Shown here piece by piece: positions 29,499 through 43,604 of a stretch of 64,000 nucleotides of DNA. The position numbers were made by a program, and so were the translations under genes. The DNA lies in NCBI RefSeq assembly GCF_009914755.1, contig NC_060926.1, one strand, 5' to 3'. Position 1 is the stretch's first letter. The number at the start of each line of letters is the position of its first letter. The notes beneath the pieces were generated by a model. That model was not told the origin of the DNA, searched no databases, and saw only the letters and a program-made list of their open reading frames with translations. The DNA comes from the human T2T-CHM13v2.0 reference genome, Homo sapiens.

Positions 29499-32119
29499 AA
29501 AGGCTTGGGCAATAACCATAGAAAGAGAAGATTAGGGCTTCAAGCAAATTTAGGAAGAAGATAATGAATTCTGAAAAATATTTTTGGCAGAATTTAAATG
29601 GTAAGAGGTGCTTCTTACACAGATACAATGCTGTGTAAAATAATGAAAATAGCACGCTGGTGATTGGTAGCTCTCAGTAGATAAACACATATTGCCTTCC
29701 ACTGAAGAGCATAGGCCTTCTTCACTTTCAGAGTAATTATAGGAAAGTTCAGAGGGAGTATGGAGATGCTGAAATAAAGATACCCAATACCCAACATGAT
29801 GTCATTATACTGGTGGCTCAGAAAGATGGCCAGGTTGAGAAATGGTGATAGCCTTATTATATGTCCACTGAAGGCATCATATTGCATTACAGAAGTATAT
29901 TTTGGATGGAATTATTTTTACTATGAATAGTGGGGTGGTCGAATCATTTTTCCAGGCAATTTGAGAACCCACATCTTTTAAGTAAATAAACTGCAAGACC
30001 TTGATATTTCTATTCCTCTGGCATCTTGCAAGGATTTAACCACTGCAGAAGTAGATGTGGTATTCAAAGAGTCATAAGAGTTACAAATGGAAAAAAAAAA
30101 TTCAAGCAAGTCATCAACATAATTTACTTGGATCTTATAGGAGAACCTATAGGCACATCCTTTTTATTAAATTCTGTAATTGAGGTATTTCCTGTGGTGT
30201 GTGTGATCTCCTACACACATTCCATTTTCTATGAAAAGAGTCAGAAGGAAGGGACAGTACTATGCCTTGTCCTTCTCAAATTTACCCTACTGAATTGCCA
30301 TAACAGGATTTTGGTCTATAAACTGACCATGAAGTATGACACATTTGACTGAGGTCAAAAAATTTTAATATTTAATGTTCATGTCTGTGTAACTTTATAG
30401 CAGAAGGACTGAATCCAAATTAATTGGAAGTTTGTTATTATGAGCTAGGGAGTACATTTTCTGTAAATCAATACTACGGAAAATTGAAAACAACTCTGAC
30501 AGCTTCCATGGTTAGAACTCTCTGCTGGTCTTCTCTGTCTCCCCTTTCCCCCACTTCTCTTTTTTGTTGAGGTTTCCTATCCAAATTTAGAGATATTTTC
30601 TTTACTTATGATACTCACTCATATTACATTTTCTGGAACTGCTCTTTTTAGAAGCTGGGGGGTTCCAGAACATCCTTAAAATTTAAAGTGAAGGAGAAGC
30701 AAATGAAAGATAATTGTCCTTTAAGAGATTACCCTTGAAATAAACATATAAAGATGAGAAGCATTGTAACAGTATAGAGACAACAGGTTCCAGGCCTGTA
30801 AGATTTTCCTGTACTCTGAATAAAGGTGTTAATGTATACTACTGAAGGGATGTAATAGATGGCAAGGGGATTGATCAGTCATGGACTCATGGGATGAACC
30901 AAGCACTAACTCTAGCCACTATTGCCTTGAGCACAAACATGTTTCTCAAGAACACAACATCTGTCTGGTTCAGGTGACAGTAATGACTCTAGGGTGGAGA
31001 AAACATATACATACATTTTTCTTGTATTGTTCAAAGGTTTAATTGCTTTGGGGTAATACACTTCACCTATTCTGATCTCATACTTACCAGGCAATCTTCC
31101 AATTATAATTTAACTTTCCATAAAGCTTACTTATGAAAAGGTAACATACTGACTTTAGAATGTTACCTGCCCAGTGTTTCTCACAGTTATAGATTAAAGC
31201 TTTCATGTTAAATTTAAAAACTGACACCAAGGTTGCAACTAGACCTTCTTTAGTATTGCCTACAGGGGCAATCAGTACAAGTTAGAAAGAGGACCCTAGT
31301 GTCTTTCATTTCAGAAAGAAAAATCCTCCTCCTAAACAGAGAATTTTAGCATTCTGGTTTTGAATGCAGAATGCCAATGTTAATGTGAATCTGTTCCCAA
31401 GGATGAATTCAGGTCACCCATAGATAAAATCAGGTTTGTTAGCCTTTGAGGCTAAGGTATGCTGACTTCATACTGGCACATTCACTAAGCTAATGTCACT
31501 TCTTCTGTAGCTACTTCAACAAGCAACATGCTCTTCCTGGGATTGTTTATACTCTATTACTCAGAAACACTGCTTGGCACAACTTAGAAGGGATCCATTA
31601 ATTTCAGTGACTCAAATATCTTTCTTGATATTGAATTTTCATACTGCATGATATTCAAACAATAATGATGCTGTGAATGGCATTTGCCCTCAAGCATTTG
31701 CTTTCCAGTGAATCCAAGATGTCATAAAAGGATTTGAAATTCCCAAGACTGAATGTAAGATGGAAATAAACATTCTATATCTAATAAACACATCTATTTC
31801 GAGGTGCAAAGCAAACATGTAGAGAAATGTAGATTATATTCTCAGTTATGTTTGAGCAAACTGAGATTCACCCATGTTAAATGACTCATCCAAGTTTTAA
31901 AGCCACTCTTTCTGATTTCAAACTTTGTGCTTCTGTATTTTTTTTCTTTAGACCTAGATGGAATAATTCAGTTGTGTGGATGGTGCTGGTGGGAAGGTGG
32001 TGGGTAAATGCAGGAGGAGAACAAAGTTAAATTTAACAGGTTAAACCTATTGGTGGTACAGTAAATATCTGTTGAGTGCATGGTGTAGTCATTGTGATCT
32101 TTGTTCAGTCCTCTATTTT

Positions 32120-32450
32120 TTTTTCACTTTACAGAACCTTTGAACTTGGCCAAACCTCCACAAACACAGCATTCTGGAAAACAGCTGAATTTTGCCAGCG
32201 CTATAACACCTGAACAGTAACAATCAATGAACTATGAATTTATGTACTAAGCCAGCTTCCTCCACTAATGATCATTCTTTCAAAACCACTTGTGTAATCA
32301 CCCTCAAAGTCCTTAAAAAATACTTCTTTTCCTCTCTTTGGAACTTCCAGCCAAATCTGTGTCTCCCAAATTGCAATTCCTACGACCCCAATACGAACCT
32401 CATCTTACTGCTTTGCAGTCTAGTCATCTTTCACAACTTCTTGGTTGACA
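32120..32450 (+). mobile_element. Old ERV LTR fragment (MER34/MER90/MER110-like)
   Basis: LTR-like R/U5 (tgtgtctcccaaattgcaattcc...) ending ttggttgaca; family uncertain. Confidence 0.5.
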
Positions 32451-32894
32451 GTTTTTTATTTAACAAGTTGCTAGTAGTTGCCATCTTTCAAAAAGAGTGA
32501 GATTGTGTGTGTGCGTGTGTGTGTGTGTATCAAAATATAAACATTATAGCCATTATTCTAGGGTGTCATATACATAACATTAAGAAGACTAACTTCACCA
32601 TTATGAAAAATTTGGATTGCAAATCAGATGGAATTGCACAGTTCAGAGAAGTTGTTATTTCTAAATTAGCACATTACTTCAGTCTTAAATTATCATGAGG
32701 CTGGTGGTTTGTTTGGGTGTTTAACTGAAAAGAGAAATGAGACAGCTTTGGTTTCATCTTTAAGAAAAGGGAAGTGAAATGAAGTGCTACATGGTGATGT
32801 GGGGTTTTTCACAGGCTGAAGAGTAGGGTTTGAAATAACTGTCCCCACAGGTCAGTGAGCAACAATTAATTGGGAAAAGGCGACTGAAAAAGCT

Positions 32895-33813
32895 AAATGT
32901 CACATACCTACAAGTATCCTATCTTTCACAAAGTCAACAAAAGCAGTGAGGAAAGGATTCCCTATTCAATAAATTGTGGTGGGATAGCTGGCTAGCCATA
33001 TGCAGTATATTAAAACTGGACCCTTTCTTTATACCATATACAAAAATCAACTTAAGATGCATTAAAGTCTTAAATGTAAAACCAAAAACTATAAAAACCC
33101 TGGGAGATAATGTAGGAAATACCATTCTTGACACGGCCTGGCAAAGATTTCATGATGGAAACCCTAAAAACAGTTGCAACAAAAGCAAAAATTGACCAAT
33201 GGGACCTAATTAAAATAAAGAGCTTCTACACAGAAAAAAATCAACAGAGTAAACAAGCAATCTACAGACTAGGAGAATATTTGCAAACAATGCATCTGAC
33301 AAAGGTCTAATATCCAGAATTTATAGAGAACTTAAACAGATTTACAAACAAAAAGCAAACAACTGCATTAAAAGGTGGGCAAAGGACATAAACGGACACT
33401 TTTCAAAAGAGGACGTAACACTTAGCCAACAAGCATATGAAAAAGTGCTCAACATCAGTAATCATTAAACAGACACAAATCAAAACTACAATGAGATACC
33501 ATCTCACACCAGTCAGAATAGCTATTACTCAAAAGTCAAAAAATAACAGATGATGCTGAGATTGTGGAGAAAAGGAAACCCGTATACACTGTTGGTGGGA
33601 ATATAACCATTGGAAAGCAGTATGGCGATTCCTCAAAGAGCTAAAAGCAGAACTACCATTCAATCCAGCAATTCCATTACTGGGTATATACCCAGAAAAA
33701 TATAAATCATCCTACTATAAAGACACATGCATGTAAATGCGCACTGCAGCACTATTCACAACAGCAAAGGCATGGAATCAACCTAAATGTTCATCGATAA
33801 TAGACTGGAGAAA
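32895..33813 (+). mobile_element. Old L1PA/L1PB ORF2 3' fragment lacking 3'UTR and poly(A)
   Basis: Peptides [14 protein letters not shown] and [11 protein letters not shown]; ends at agactggagaaag. Confidence 0.85.
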
Positions 33814-33829
33814 GTAGTATGTGATGAAG

Positions 33830-34540
33830 AAGAGGTAGAAACCCTTTGTTGAGGGAACACAGAAAGTCTTCCGGACATAGCATAGAATGCTTCTGAAAGG
33901 GGAAACATTTGAGTTCAGGGTTGAACAAAGAATAAAAGGTCTTCATGAATATGAAGATATGCGTGGGTAGGAATGCATTTAATGGAGAGGAGGGAAATGA
34001 AAAATAACTTTCTTTAGTTAATCTTCAGAGAAGGTATAATTAAAGATATCAGGGACAAACCATGTGTAGCACATTTAAGAAACTGCAGGAAGTTTAATGT
34101 TCCTAGAGTTCTTGCTGCATATGGAAAGATGATGGCTAGAGAGGGAAGATGGAAAGAAACAGGCATTACTCCCAGTGGAAAGGCGTTTTGGCTTGACTGT
34201 CAATGTAATAGCATGACTGAAGGTCTTTAAGTCAATCACGTCTTTATTTAGAAATTTGGTTGTGGTTATATTGTGGATGGATTAAATATAGGGAGCTAGA
34301 GAAAGTAGAAAGCTATTGAGGAATTCCAGGAGAGAAGGTGTAAAGGCAGAGGATAAAGCATCAGAAGTGGAATTTGAAAAGATTTCTAGGCAGTAGAACT
34401 AATAGGACGTGGTGAAAGATTGAATGTAAGAGGTGAGATGAAAGAGCCTAGAATTATTCTCAGCCTTCTTGCATGAATGGCACAATGGAAAAACGTGCCA
34501 GTAACTAAAATGGGAGAAAATATGAAAAGCTTGGGAAAAG
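33830..34540 (-). mobile_element. LINE-2 fragment
   Basis: Purine-rich L2-like text (ggcagtagaactaataggacgtggtgaaagattgaatgt...; gtgccagtaactaaaatggg). Confidence 0.6.
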
Positions 34541-37524
34541 TCTATGAAAGATACAAATGTATATTTTTGAGGCTGACTTAAAAATAAATGACTATATCTG
34601 TTAGTGGAGTCCGTTAGTGTGTTGTTTGAATTACCATAGTTATTTGTTTATATGCACAATTTATATTATTTATATCTTGCCAGCTTTTGAAGATAGACAT
34701 CTTATAAGTGGCTAACTTTCTTTTTATATTATCCACTCAAGTACACACAGTTTTGATGATGATAAAACTATATCTAGGAAAATCAGATACACCCTTAGAG
34801 CAGAAAACACCTCCCATTAAGTTTTGAATCTTCGCTTAAAAAGCTTTCAGTTTCTAAATCTTCTCCGTCTTGAAGATGAATGACTGTATTTCAACATTAA
34901 TCAATTTCAAGCATAGGAGGAAAATAGATTTGTGCATTCCTTGAAGATAACATTGGGAGAGCCGTTTAAACTAGACAATTTCCACTTAGAATAGCACCAC
35001 GTGTTTAAAATGCAGTCAGACGATGATCTGTTTTTTTGTTTCAGTTCATTCAAGGGTTCCAAGATGAGACTCAGCCACTAAACAGAGTGAAGCATGGACA
35101 TTTATGATGATATCCTCATTTCCACCTACAGAAATGCAAAGGGACTGGGAAATGCTTTGTTAAATGAGTAATTGTCCAAAGAGTGCTGTACTCATCACCC
35201 TCACCCTTCAGGGAAGGGTGAGGTTTCTCCCAGAAAAGGACTAAGGAAATAATAGATGCAATCTTCCGGCCTTTTGGGGCTGATGGACCAGGTCTTTGGT
35301 GATTGTGTATCTGTTAACACACCTCCCTACTCAGTGACATATATGTCATCTTTCTTGACTCTTCTATTCAACTTAATCAGATCAGCCAAGGAAAGAATTG
35401 AATACTTTATGCCAAATCGCTTCTCTGGCATTTTCTGATTGGAACCCATTTTCTCAACTCCTCTGCCATCCCTTTTTCTTTCCCTAGGTCCACTCTAGTC
35501 AGGAGTGGAAAAGTCAAGAAGGGTATGGAATTTTAAATGAGCTTCCTTGCAAAGAAAGTAATTTTGCAAGAATTGGCATTTTGTCCTCATCTTTTTGTTC
35601 TTTTGTGTAATGACCTCTCTACTGAAGAGACACAGTCCTCTGGCTTTAAACCGTGAATGAGGGATGATACAGTATGTCTCTTGGCTCATTTGGCTGCCTC
35701 TGGATGACCCATTTTATTTTCTGCAAGTACCAGATCTTGCTCAGTATTCCTGACATTGAAATCTACACAACCCCTGTAAAGATCTGTAGACTCTCTTAAA
35801 CTAAGTAATATGCATTAAAAAGCAAACATAACTTAAAAACATGACTGAGAGGAAGAAGGCAGAAGGAAGCTTAAAGGTTAAACCTAAATTACAAGTTTAA
35901 AGTCCTTATTTGGTTGAGTAATGATTTTTTGGCTGTTGAATAAATAGGAGTAAAATTTTCATTTTGTTAATTCTGTGGAAGAATGCCCAAAGCATAGCAT
36001 AGGATGACAGCTTAAACTATTATACATTTGTTATCAAGAATAATGCATTTCCTGTTTCACCTGGTTTATAAGGACCTTAAAATCAATTTGCCTCTCCTGG
36101 AATTAATGCATAACCTTTAATTCTTACTGAAGGTCCTTGAGGGTGAGAAGTTGAGTTTTCTGATGTTGTCTTTTGCTTCTGAGTGAATATGAATACTTGG
36201 TAAGAGAAAGAGAAAAGAGTATTCACTGCTCTATGGAAATTTAAGGAAAATATGCAAATGAAAATTTATTTTATTACACAATAAAATGTACTGCAAAAAC
36301 AAAGCTACAGCAGCTGAACTCGATTTGAAGCAAAGATATGAATATAATAATCATTATTACACTGAATTTGTTCCTCTCCAGGAAGATGCCTTCAATCTAT
36401 CAGAGTTTCACACTTTGTAGAAAGGATATTAACCCTTTCAGGCTGCTGGCTATCATTTTATTTAACCCTTAGTTCTTTTGAAATAAAAGAAAATGGAAAA
36501 CATTTACAAACATCACCAAAGGAAGTTATAAGTTATTTTCTCCTGCTTCACCAATTGGGCAAATTTTTATGTTTGCCGATAAAATACTGCCTTATCATAT
36601 TGCTCAAATTGTTTGATATAATAAAAGTCTTGTCTTTTAATATGTTTATTTAAGAATCGTAGGCTATAAAAGATGGGAGCTGTTTTCTAATCTCAAATCT
36701 GCTGAGTCTTTCCTTGTCACAACCTTTCTCTGAAACTCAGCTCCTAGTCTGTAAAAGCAGGTACTTGGGCGACAGAACTGATGCTTTGTTTTCTACCGCT
36801 TATTACCTCTAATCATTTTTCCATAAAAATATCAGAGGATAGAAAGGGCAAAAATCTTTGGCCTGTTTGTTTCTACAACTGATTTAGAGTATGAAAATGC
36901 ACATTATGTAGATGAAGTATTTGTTATCCTCCATCTTACGTCTGTAGCCTTTGATTATGAGATAATGTCAGATGACACTTTGGACTTTGGAATAGGACTC
37001 AGAACACTATAAATCCTTCAAAGGATGTGGAGTTTGGAATAGATAAGGATAGTAAAGGAGTCTGTCTTGGCTAAGCTTCGTAGAGGGAAGATGAAGTAAT
37101 CAACAGTGTGCATTAGGGTGCACACTAGAAGATCTTACTGGAAGCTGATGGATGAGTGAATGTTGACATTTTTCGTAGAGAAATTGACCTGAAATACAAT
37201 ATTTTTGAAGTATTGTGACATGCAAGGTTTTTACCCTTCAATAAAAATACTTAAAGGCCATAGCTGGTATATGTATGAATATTTAAAAACTGTGATGTGA
37301 TCTTAATGTCCTGTCTTCTTTTTTTTTTCTTCTCCTACAAGCCATTATTACAAAACACTGGAATCCAGTTTCCAAATCTTTTTCGTACATGTTGAGAATC
37401 TCAAAGGAAATAAAATGCACATTTTCTAAGTTCTAACCTCCCTGAAGAAAAGTCATCTGAAAATGTTCTCTTTCTTCTTCTTACTTTGCCAGATTAATAT
37501 TTTGCTCCATTAAAAGCCAGGACT

Positions 37525-38286
37525 CTAAGTAAATGGGAGAAAAGAGACAAATCATCCTTAGAGAAGAATTACAAATAATTTATTTAGATACTGCCCCGAT
37601 AGGAGATGGAATTTAAACCACCCCCTGCCTGCTTGACTATGGACTGCCCTTGGTAGCTCTCTTCCAAAGAATAGAGTATAGAAAGGAGGAAAAACTAGCT
37701 GACAAACTATGTTAATCAAATGATTAAGGACAACATCACTTGTGATAAATCATGTTGATAACGTGTACTACTAATAGGCTGTGATGAGAAGCGTACTTGA
37801 TCTCTGTGGTATTCTTCCCCCAAAAAACCTGTAATACGAATCTAACCATGGGGAAAATATTACACAAACCCAAATTGAAGGACATTCTACCAATAATTGA
37901 CCACTACTCCTTAAATCTTTCAATCTCATAAAAAAAATAAAAACAAAGACAAAGAAATTGTCTTAGATCAGATGAGGCTAATAAGACATAATGACTGAAT
38001 AAACTATACTATTCTAGATGGGATTCTTGACCTTAAATAGGATTCTAGGGGGACAAACATAGGCATTAGTGGAAAAACTAGTGAAATCCAAATTAAGTCT
38101 GTAGTATAGTTAATAGTAATGGCCAATATTGGTTTCCTAGTTGTGACAAATGCACCATGGTAATGAAAAATGTTGACAATATGGGAAGTGGGAAAGTGGG
38201 TTAACAATATGGGATAGTACTCTGTACCAACTCTGCAACTTTTACATAAATGTAAAACAATTATGAAATTAATATTTATTTAAAAA
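37525..38286 (+). mobile_element. L1MC-type 3' end
   Basis: gtgataaatcatgttgata, acaaacccaaattgaaggacattctac and terminal ctctgtac...ctgcaactttt...tgtaaa match old L1MC/L1MD 3'UTRs. Confidence 0.75.
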
Positions 38287-40824
38287 TGGAAGCCTAATTT
38301 TTTGGCTCTTTTGATGGCCGTTCCAAGTCTGGTTATTTCTTTAATAATAAAATACAATAAATATTTTTCAATTTTTGCCATTAGCTCATATGCTTTAATG
38401 CTTTAAGAATTCAGAGGACATATGTAGAAACATAGTGGAATTGTAAATAATATATTGCTATTTATGACCTACAATGGGTACAATGAGTATGCTAGAAAGG
38501 CTTTTAATTTCTTTTTAATTTAAAGGAATAACCATTTTATAGTAAGAAAAAAGTTTGAGTTTGAGGAGTAAAGTTTTAAGGGAAAATTGCAGAATCCTAT
38601 TTGAATGGCATAAAAAATTCTGCCTACTCAGTTCTTTTCAAACTAGACTTTAATACAATCTGAAACATGAAGGAAAATACTTTGCAGAAAGTCAGACTAT
38701 GAGCTCAGGAAGTCATAGGACTGAAGTTATTTAGTGTTGACTATGGTGCAGTCAAATAGTATCAGTAGATTAGAGTTATGAACTAAATATTCAGGAATTA
38801 TTAATAATATAATGTACAGCTTCGTTAGATAATTGGTTTCTAAGCAAATTTTTCTAGCGATAGCGAAATCCACTCAACAAATATGTTGAATATTCTCTAC
38901 ATATAACATATTGTACTAAGCTGTATTTAAGACTTGTAACAATCACATTAGTTTTCATCTCGGTTTTAGATTCTTTAGCTCACCTTAAAGTATATTGGGT
39001 TTCTTCATCTGCAGCTTATTTTACCTTGAACCTATTATTCTCACATCTTTAAAAAAATTTTTTTAGATTAATCTTGCTGCATAAGTTACCATGTTTTACC
39101 TCATTAGAGAGGAGTGTGGATTTGATGACTTCTCAAATACCAGGATTGTCTTCCATTCTCTTGTGAATTCAACAAGAAAGTAATATTTGCAATTTCTATC
39201 ATAGAAAAATATATTTAACATGTTGAAACACCATTGTGAAACAATGCTACCAATAGATCAGAATACAACATAACTTCCGAAAGAGCAAAACACATAATTG
39301 CTGCAATGTGTAGATAAACTCCAAAACTCATTATCCCCTACACCTCTGTACAATTCTCTAAGTCATAATTGGGATAGAATAAAGAATTGGACAAATGTCA
39401 AAATGTCACAAAGTTCAGGCTTACGAAAACATTTGAAAATGGTCACACAGGGCAAAGTTGTGAAGTGTGAATTATGAAAGATATGACTCAAATTTACTTT
39501 GGATATTGATAAAAACATATTAATTACAGCAAAGGAAACAGGTAATCTTGGAGAACAATGATTTAGAATCAAATGGTATCTACAGTAAAGCAATACAATT
39601 AGATAAAATTTCTTTTCACAAGACAGTTACATTTAGTTGGGCTTACAGAAAGAATCAAAATGTAAAAAACTAGCCCAAGAAAAGAATATAATTCTAAAAG
39701 CATCTTATTGCTATAAACTGTAATAGACACTACAGAAAGAGTACATGAATTATTAGATGGCATTTGTTCATTACCTGAGTAAGATTCAAACCCACTGGTC
39801 TTTGATTTGGCTGGTTGTAGCAAAGCTCTAAGAATGAGCACTAGTAAATTATACAAGGTGCTTTGTTCAGGGTTTTCAAGGAGGCGCATTGTTCAATTTA
39901 TAAAAATATTATGTAGAGAAGCAAGATGAGGCATATGTTTCAAAGACAGTCATCAAAAATGTGCTGAAGATTTATGGAAAGCAAATCAAGGTCATCTTTG
40001 TGTCTATGCAATGGGAAAAAAATCTCTGCAAAGAGAAACAAAAAGTGAAAGTTTTAAATTATTCATAAAATTGAATGCATTACAAAACCTATTCCCAGAG
40101 AACAGCATATGTACATCTATTTTGTAACTAGAAATTGTTGATCATAGCTCTCCAGAAAACACTTTCAAACCATACCCCTTAAATTCAAAGAAATATTGAA
40201 GAGCATTGTGTAAAGATCAATGAATAAGTAATTATTTAAGAACTTGATGAATAATATATTGGCTTGCCACCTGCAATTCTATGTATGTCCTACCACAATC
40301 TGCAGATAACTTTATTTTGTATAATGCTTCCAATCTCTTATGGGGGAAAAATAAAGGAAATGGTATGGTAACTGACATACACTGAATCCTAACTACCTTA
40401 ATTTATTACAAATTACAGTTAAATGAAGCAAGGTTCTGGTAATAGACAATCTGTACAATTAAAATAATAATAGGATATGGATTACTTGTTCGTTATATTT
40501 TCTGTTTTAGGTAAAAGCAGTTTATAATTTTTATCAATAATGGAGACAAACTATATGTTAATATCTCATTTGAATATTTCACTGGTTTTCTCTTGTTATA
40601 ATATGTAGGATGTCTACATTCTGACTTTCTGGCTGAAATGGCAACATTCAGAATTTGGTAACATTGGCACTGGGTTATCAGATTTCTAGTCCTCTCCTTG
40701 AATATGTATTTATATTTATACATACTTTTACATTTCTTCCAGTTTGTCTGAAAGAAAATGGTGTGCTTTTATATGTGTAAATGAAATACAGATTCGTGTT
40801 GCTGGAGAATAGAAGACAAGCAGG

Positions 40825-41035
40825 ATTGTTCAGTGGCTAAAAAGAAGGAAGGGCTTTGGAGCAGAGTCTCAAACCTGGCTCCTCATGTGGGAACTTTTTA
40901 ACCTGGGTCAAGATAACAAACCTCCCTAAGCTTAGCTTCATCTTTATAAAATAAGAATTATGACAATAATATTAACAACAACAAAATACCCTACCCATAG
41001 GGTCATTACAAGAAGTGAGATAATGCATAAAAATT
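40825..41035 (+). mobile_element. MIR SINE
   Basis: cagtggctaaaa...ggctttggagcaga...cctacccatagggtcattac...gagataatgcata. Confidence 0.7.
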
Positions 41036-41519
41036 AATAATACATCAATGTTAAGGGTAGCGATTATTATTACATGAGGATGATGGGCTTAAAAGAGATT
41101 CGCAAAAGGTATGTGTATTTGCACCTTTGTATATTTAACTTTATTATTAAGAAACAATATGCATACTACATTACATTAGTATAATTGAACACAAGTTTAT
41201 TTTGCAAATATAGTAATTAGAAAAGTAAAAAATTCTAAAGTATACTCAAATTATTCTTTTCCTTAAAAGAAAAACACATTCCTTAGAAATTGTCAATTTA
41301 TACACCACAAGTGATGCACATTAAAAAACACTATAATATAGTATTGCATAACATATGTAACAGATCTAATACATTTTTATAAAATTCACCAGTTTTTTTC
41401 TCCTTTTTTAAATGGAATTGGATTAGAATTTTTCTAAGATTTCTTCCTGTATTAAGATACTACTACTATGCTATAAATTCCTTAATAGCAATGAGAATAA
41501 TAAAAAATATTACATTATT

Positions 41520-41660
41520 GGGAGCTGGTTCTGTTCTCCAAATTGTTACAGAGAGAATAAGACAGAAGAAAGTTCAGAATTATATCCAAAGCCACATGAC
41601 TAATAAAAGAGGCAGAGCATGGAAGTAAATTGGTCTCCATATGCAAGGCTTTTCCTTTAA
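41520..41660 (-). mobile_element. MIR SINE fragment
   Basis: ttacagagag...tccaaagccacatgactaataa...ggcagagc matches the reverse MIR core. Confidence 0.5.
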
Positions 41661-41749
41661 GAGGCCATGATTTATGCATCTGTGTGTATTTCTCTATATC
41701 CTACCTTTAAGGATCTACAATACAACCTTGAATATAGTATGTGTGTGTG

Positions 41750-42617
41750 TTTTTTTTCCTCAACTTCTATTTTAAGTTCTAGGGTACATGTACAGAATGT
41801 TCAAGTTTGTTACACAGGTGAATGTCTGCCACTGTAATTTGCTGCACAGATCAATCTACCACCTAGGTACTAAGCCCAGCACCCATTAGCTATTCTTCCT
41901 AATGCTCTCCCTCCTGCTGCACATCAACAGGCCTCACAATGTGTCCATGTGTTCTCTTCATTCAGCTCCCACTTATAAGTGAGAACATGTGGTATTTGGT
42001 TTTCTGTTCCTGCATTAGTTTGCTGAGGATAACAGCTTCTAGCTCCATCCATGTCCCTGCAATGGACATGATCTTGTTCCTTTTTATGGCTGCATAGTAT
42101 TGTATTCCGTGGTGTATATGTACCACATTTTCTTTATCCAGTCTATCACTGATGGGCATTTGGATTGATCTCATGTCTTTGCTATTGTGAATAGGGCTGC
42201 AATGAAAATACACATGAATGTATCTTTATAATATAATTATTTATATTCCTTTGGGTATATATATGTACCCAATAATGAGATTGCTGGGTGAAATGGTGTT
42301 TCTGCTTCTAGATCTTTGAGAAATCACCACACTGTCTTTCACAATGGTTGAACTAATTTACATTCCCACCAACAGCGTAGAAGTCTTCCTTTTTCTCCAC
42401 AACCTTGCCAGCATCTGTTGTTTCTTGACTTTTTAATAATTGCCATTCTGACTGGCATGAGATGGTATCTCATTGTGGTTTTGATTTGCATTTCTCTAAT
42501 GATCAGTGATGTTGAGCTTTTCTTCATATATTTGTTGGCTGCATGAATGTCTTCTTTTGAGAAGTGTCTGTTCATGTCCTTTGCCCACTTTTTAATGTTT
42601 TTTTTGTAAATTTGTTT
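41750..42617 (-). mobile_element. 5'-truncated L1PA8-13-type element
   Basis: 3' end caacttctattttaagttctagggtacatgt...cacctaggtactaagcccagc; ORF2 C-terminal peptides in ORFs 41962..42213 and 42339..42575. Confidence 0.85.
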
Positions 42618-43604
42618 TGAGGTATGTTACTTCTATACCCAGTTTGTTGAGAGGTTTTATCATAAAGAGATGTTGAAATATATCAAGTGCTTATTCTGCA
42701 CTCACATGATCATGTTTTTTGTTCTTGATTATGCTAAAATGATGTATCACAGTTATTGATTTGCATATACTGAAACTTCATTAAATCCCTGGGATGAATC
42801 CCACCTGATAATAATGAATGATTTTTTTTTTTTTTTTACTGTGTTGCTGAATTTAGTTTGCTAGTAATTTGTTGAGGGTTTTTGCATTTATATTCATCAG
42901 GAACAGTGGCCTCTAGTTTTTTGTTATTGTTTTGTGCCCTTGTCTGATTTTGATATCAGGATAATGTTGGTGTCAAAGAATGAGTTTGCAAGTATTCCTT
43001 CCTCTCCAAATATTTGAATAGTTTGAGTAGAATTGCTGTTAGTTCTTCTTTAAATATTTGATAGAATTTGGCAGTGAAGCTGTCAGGTTTACTTGAAGCT
43101 GTCAGGTTTGGCAGTGAAGCTGTCAGGTACCCATTATTTGTCTGTTCAGGTTTTCTATTCCTTTATGGGTCAATCTTGATTGCATGCATCCTGGAATTTA
43201 ACTATTTCCTTTAGGTTTTCCAATTTGTTGGTATATAATTGTTCATAGTATTCTCTAATGATCTTTTGAATTTCTGTGATACCAATTGTAATGTCTACTT
43301 TTTCATCTCTGATTTTATTTATTTAGGTCTTCCCTCTTCTATTGTAACTAGCCTAGCTAAATATTTGTCACTTTTTATGTTTTCCAAAACCGAATTTTTA
43401 CTTTGTTGATCTTTTTCAATTTTTAGTCTAGTTTTATTTATTTCTGCTCTGATCTCTATTATTTCTTTCCTTCTGCTAATTCTGTTTGAAATTTCTTTTA
43501 GTTTTCTATCTGTAATGTCTTGTAATTTCCTGAATTTCCTGTTTTTTTTTTTCTTTTTTTGAGATGAAATCTCACTCTATCACCAGGCTGGAGTGCAGTG
43601 GCAG

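Noticed and set aside
27220-29503. THE1 flanks differ (aaaca vs aaagg), hinting at recombination between elements
   Set aside because: Two substitutions in an old 5-bp TSD are enough to explain it; untestable without orthologues.
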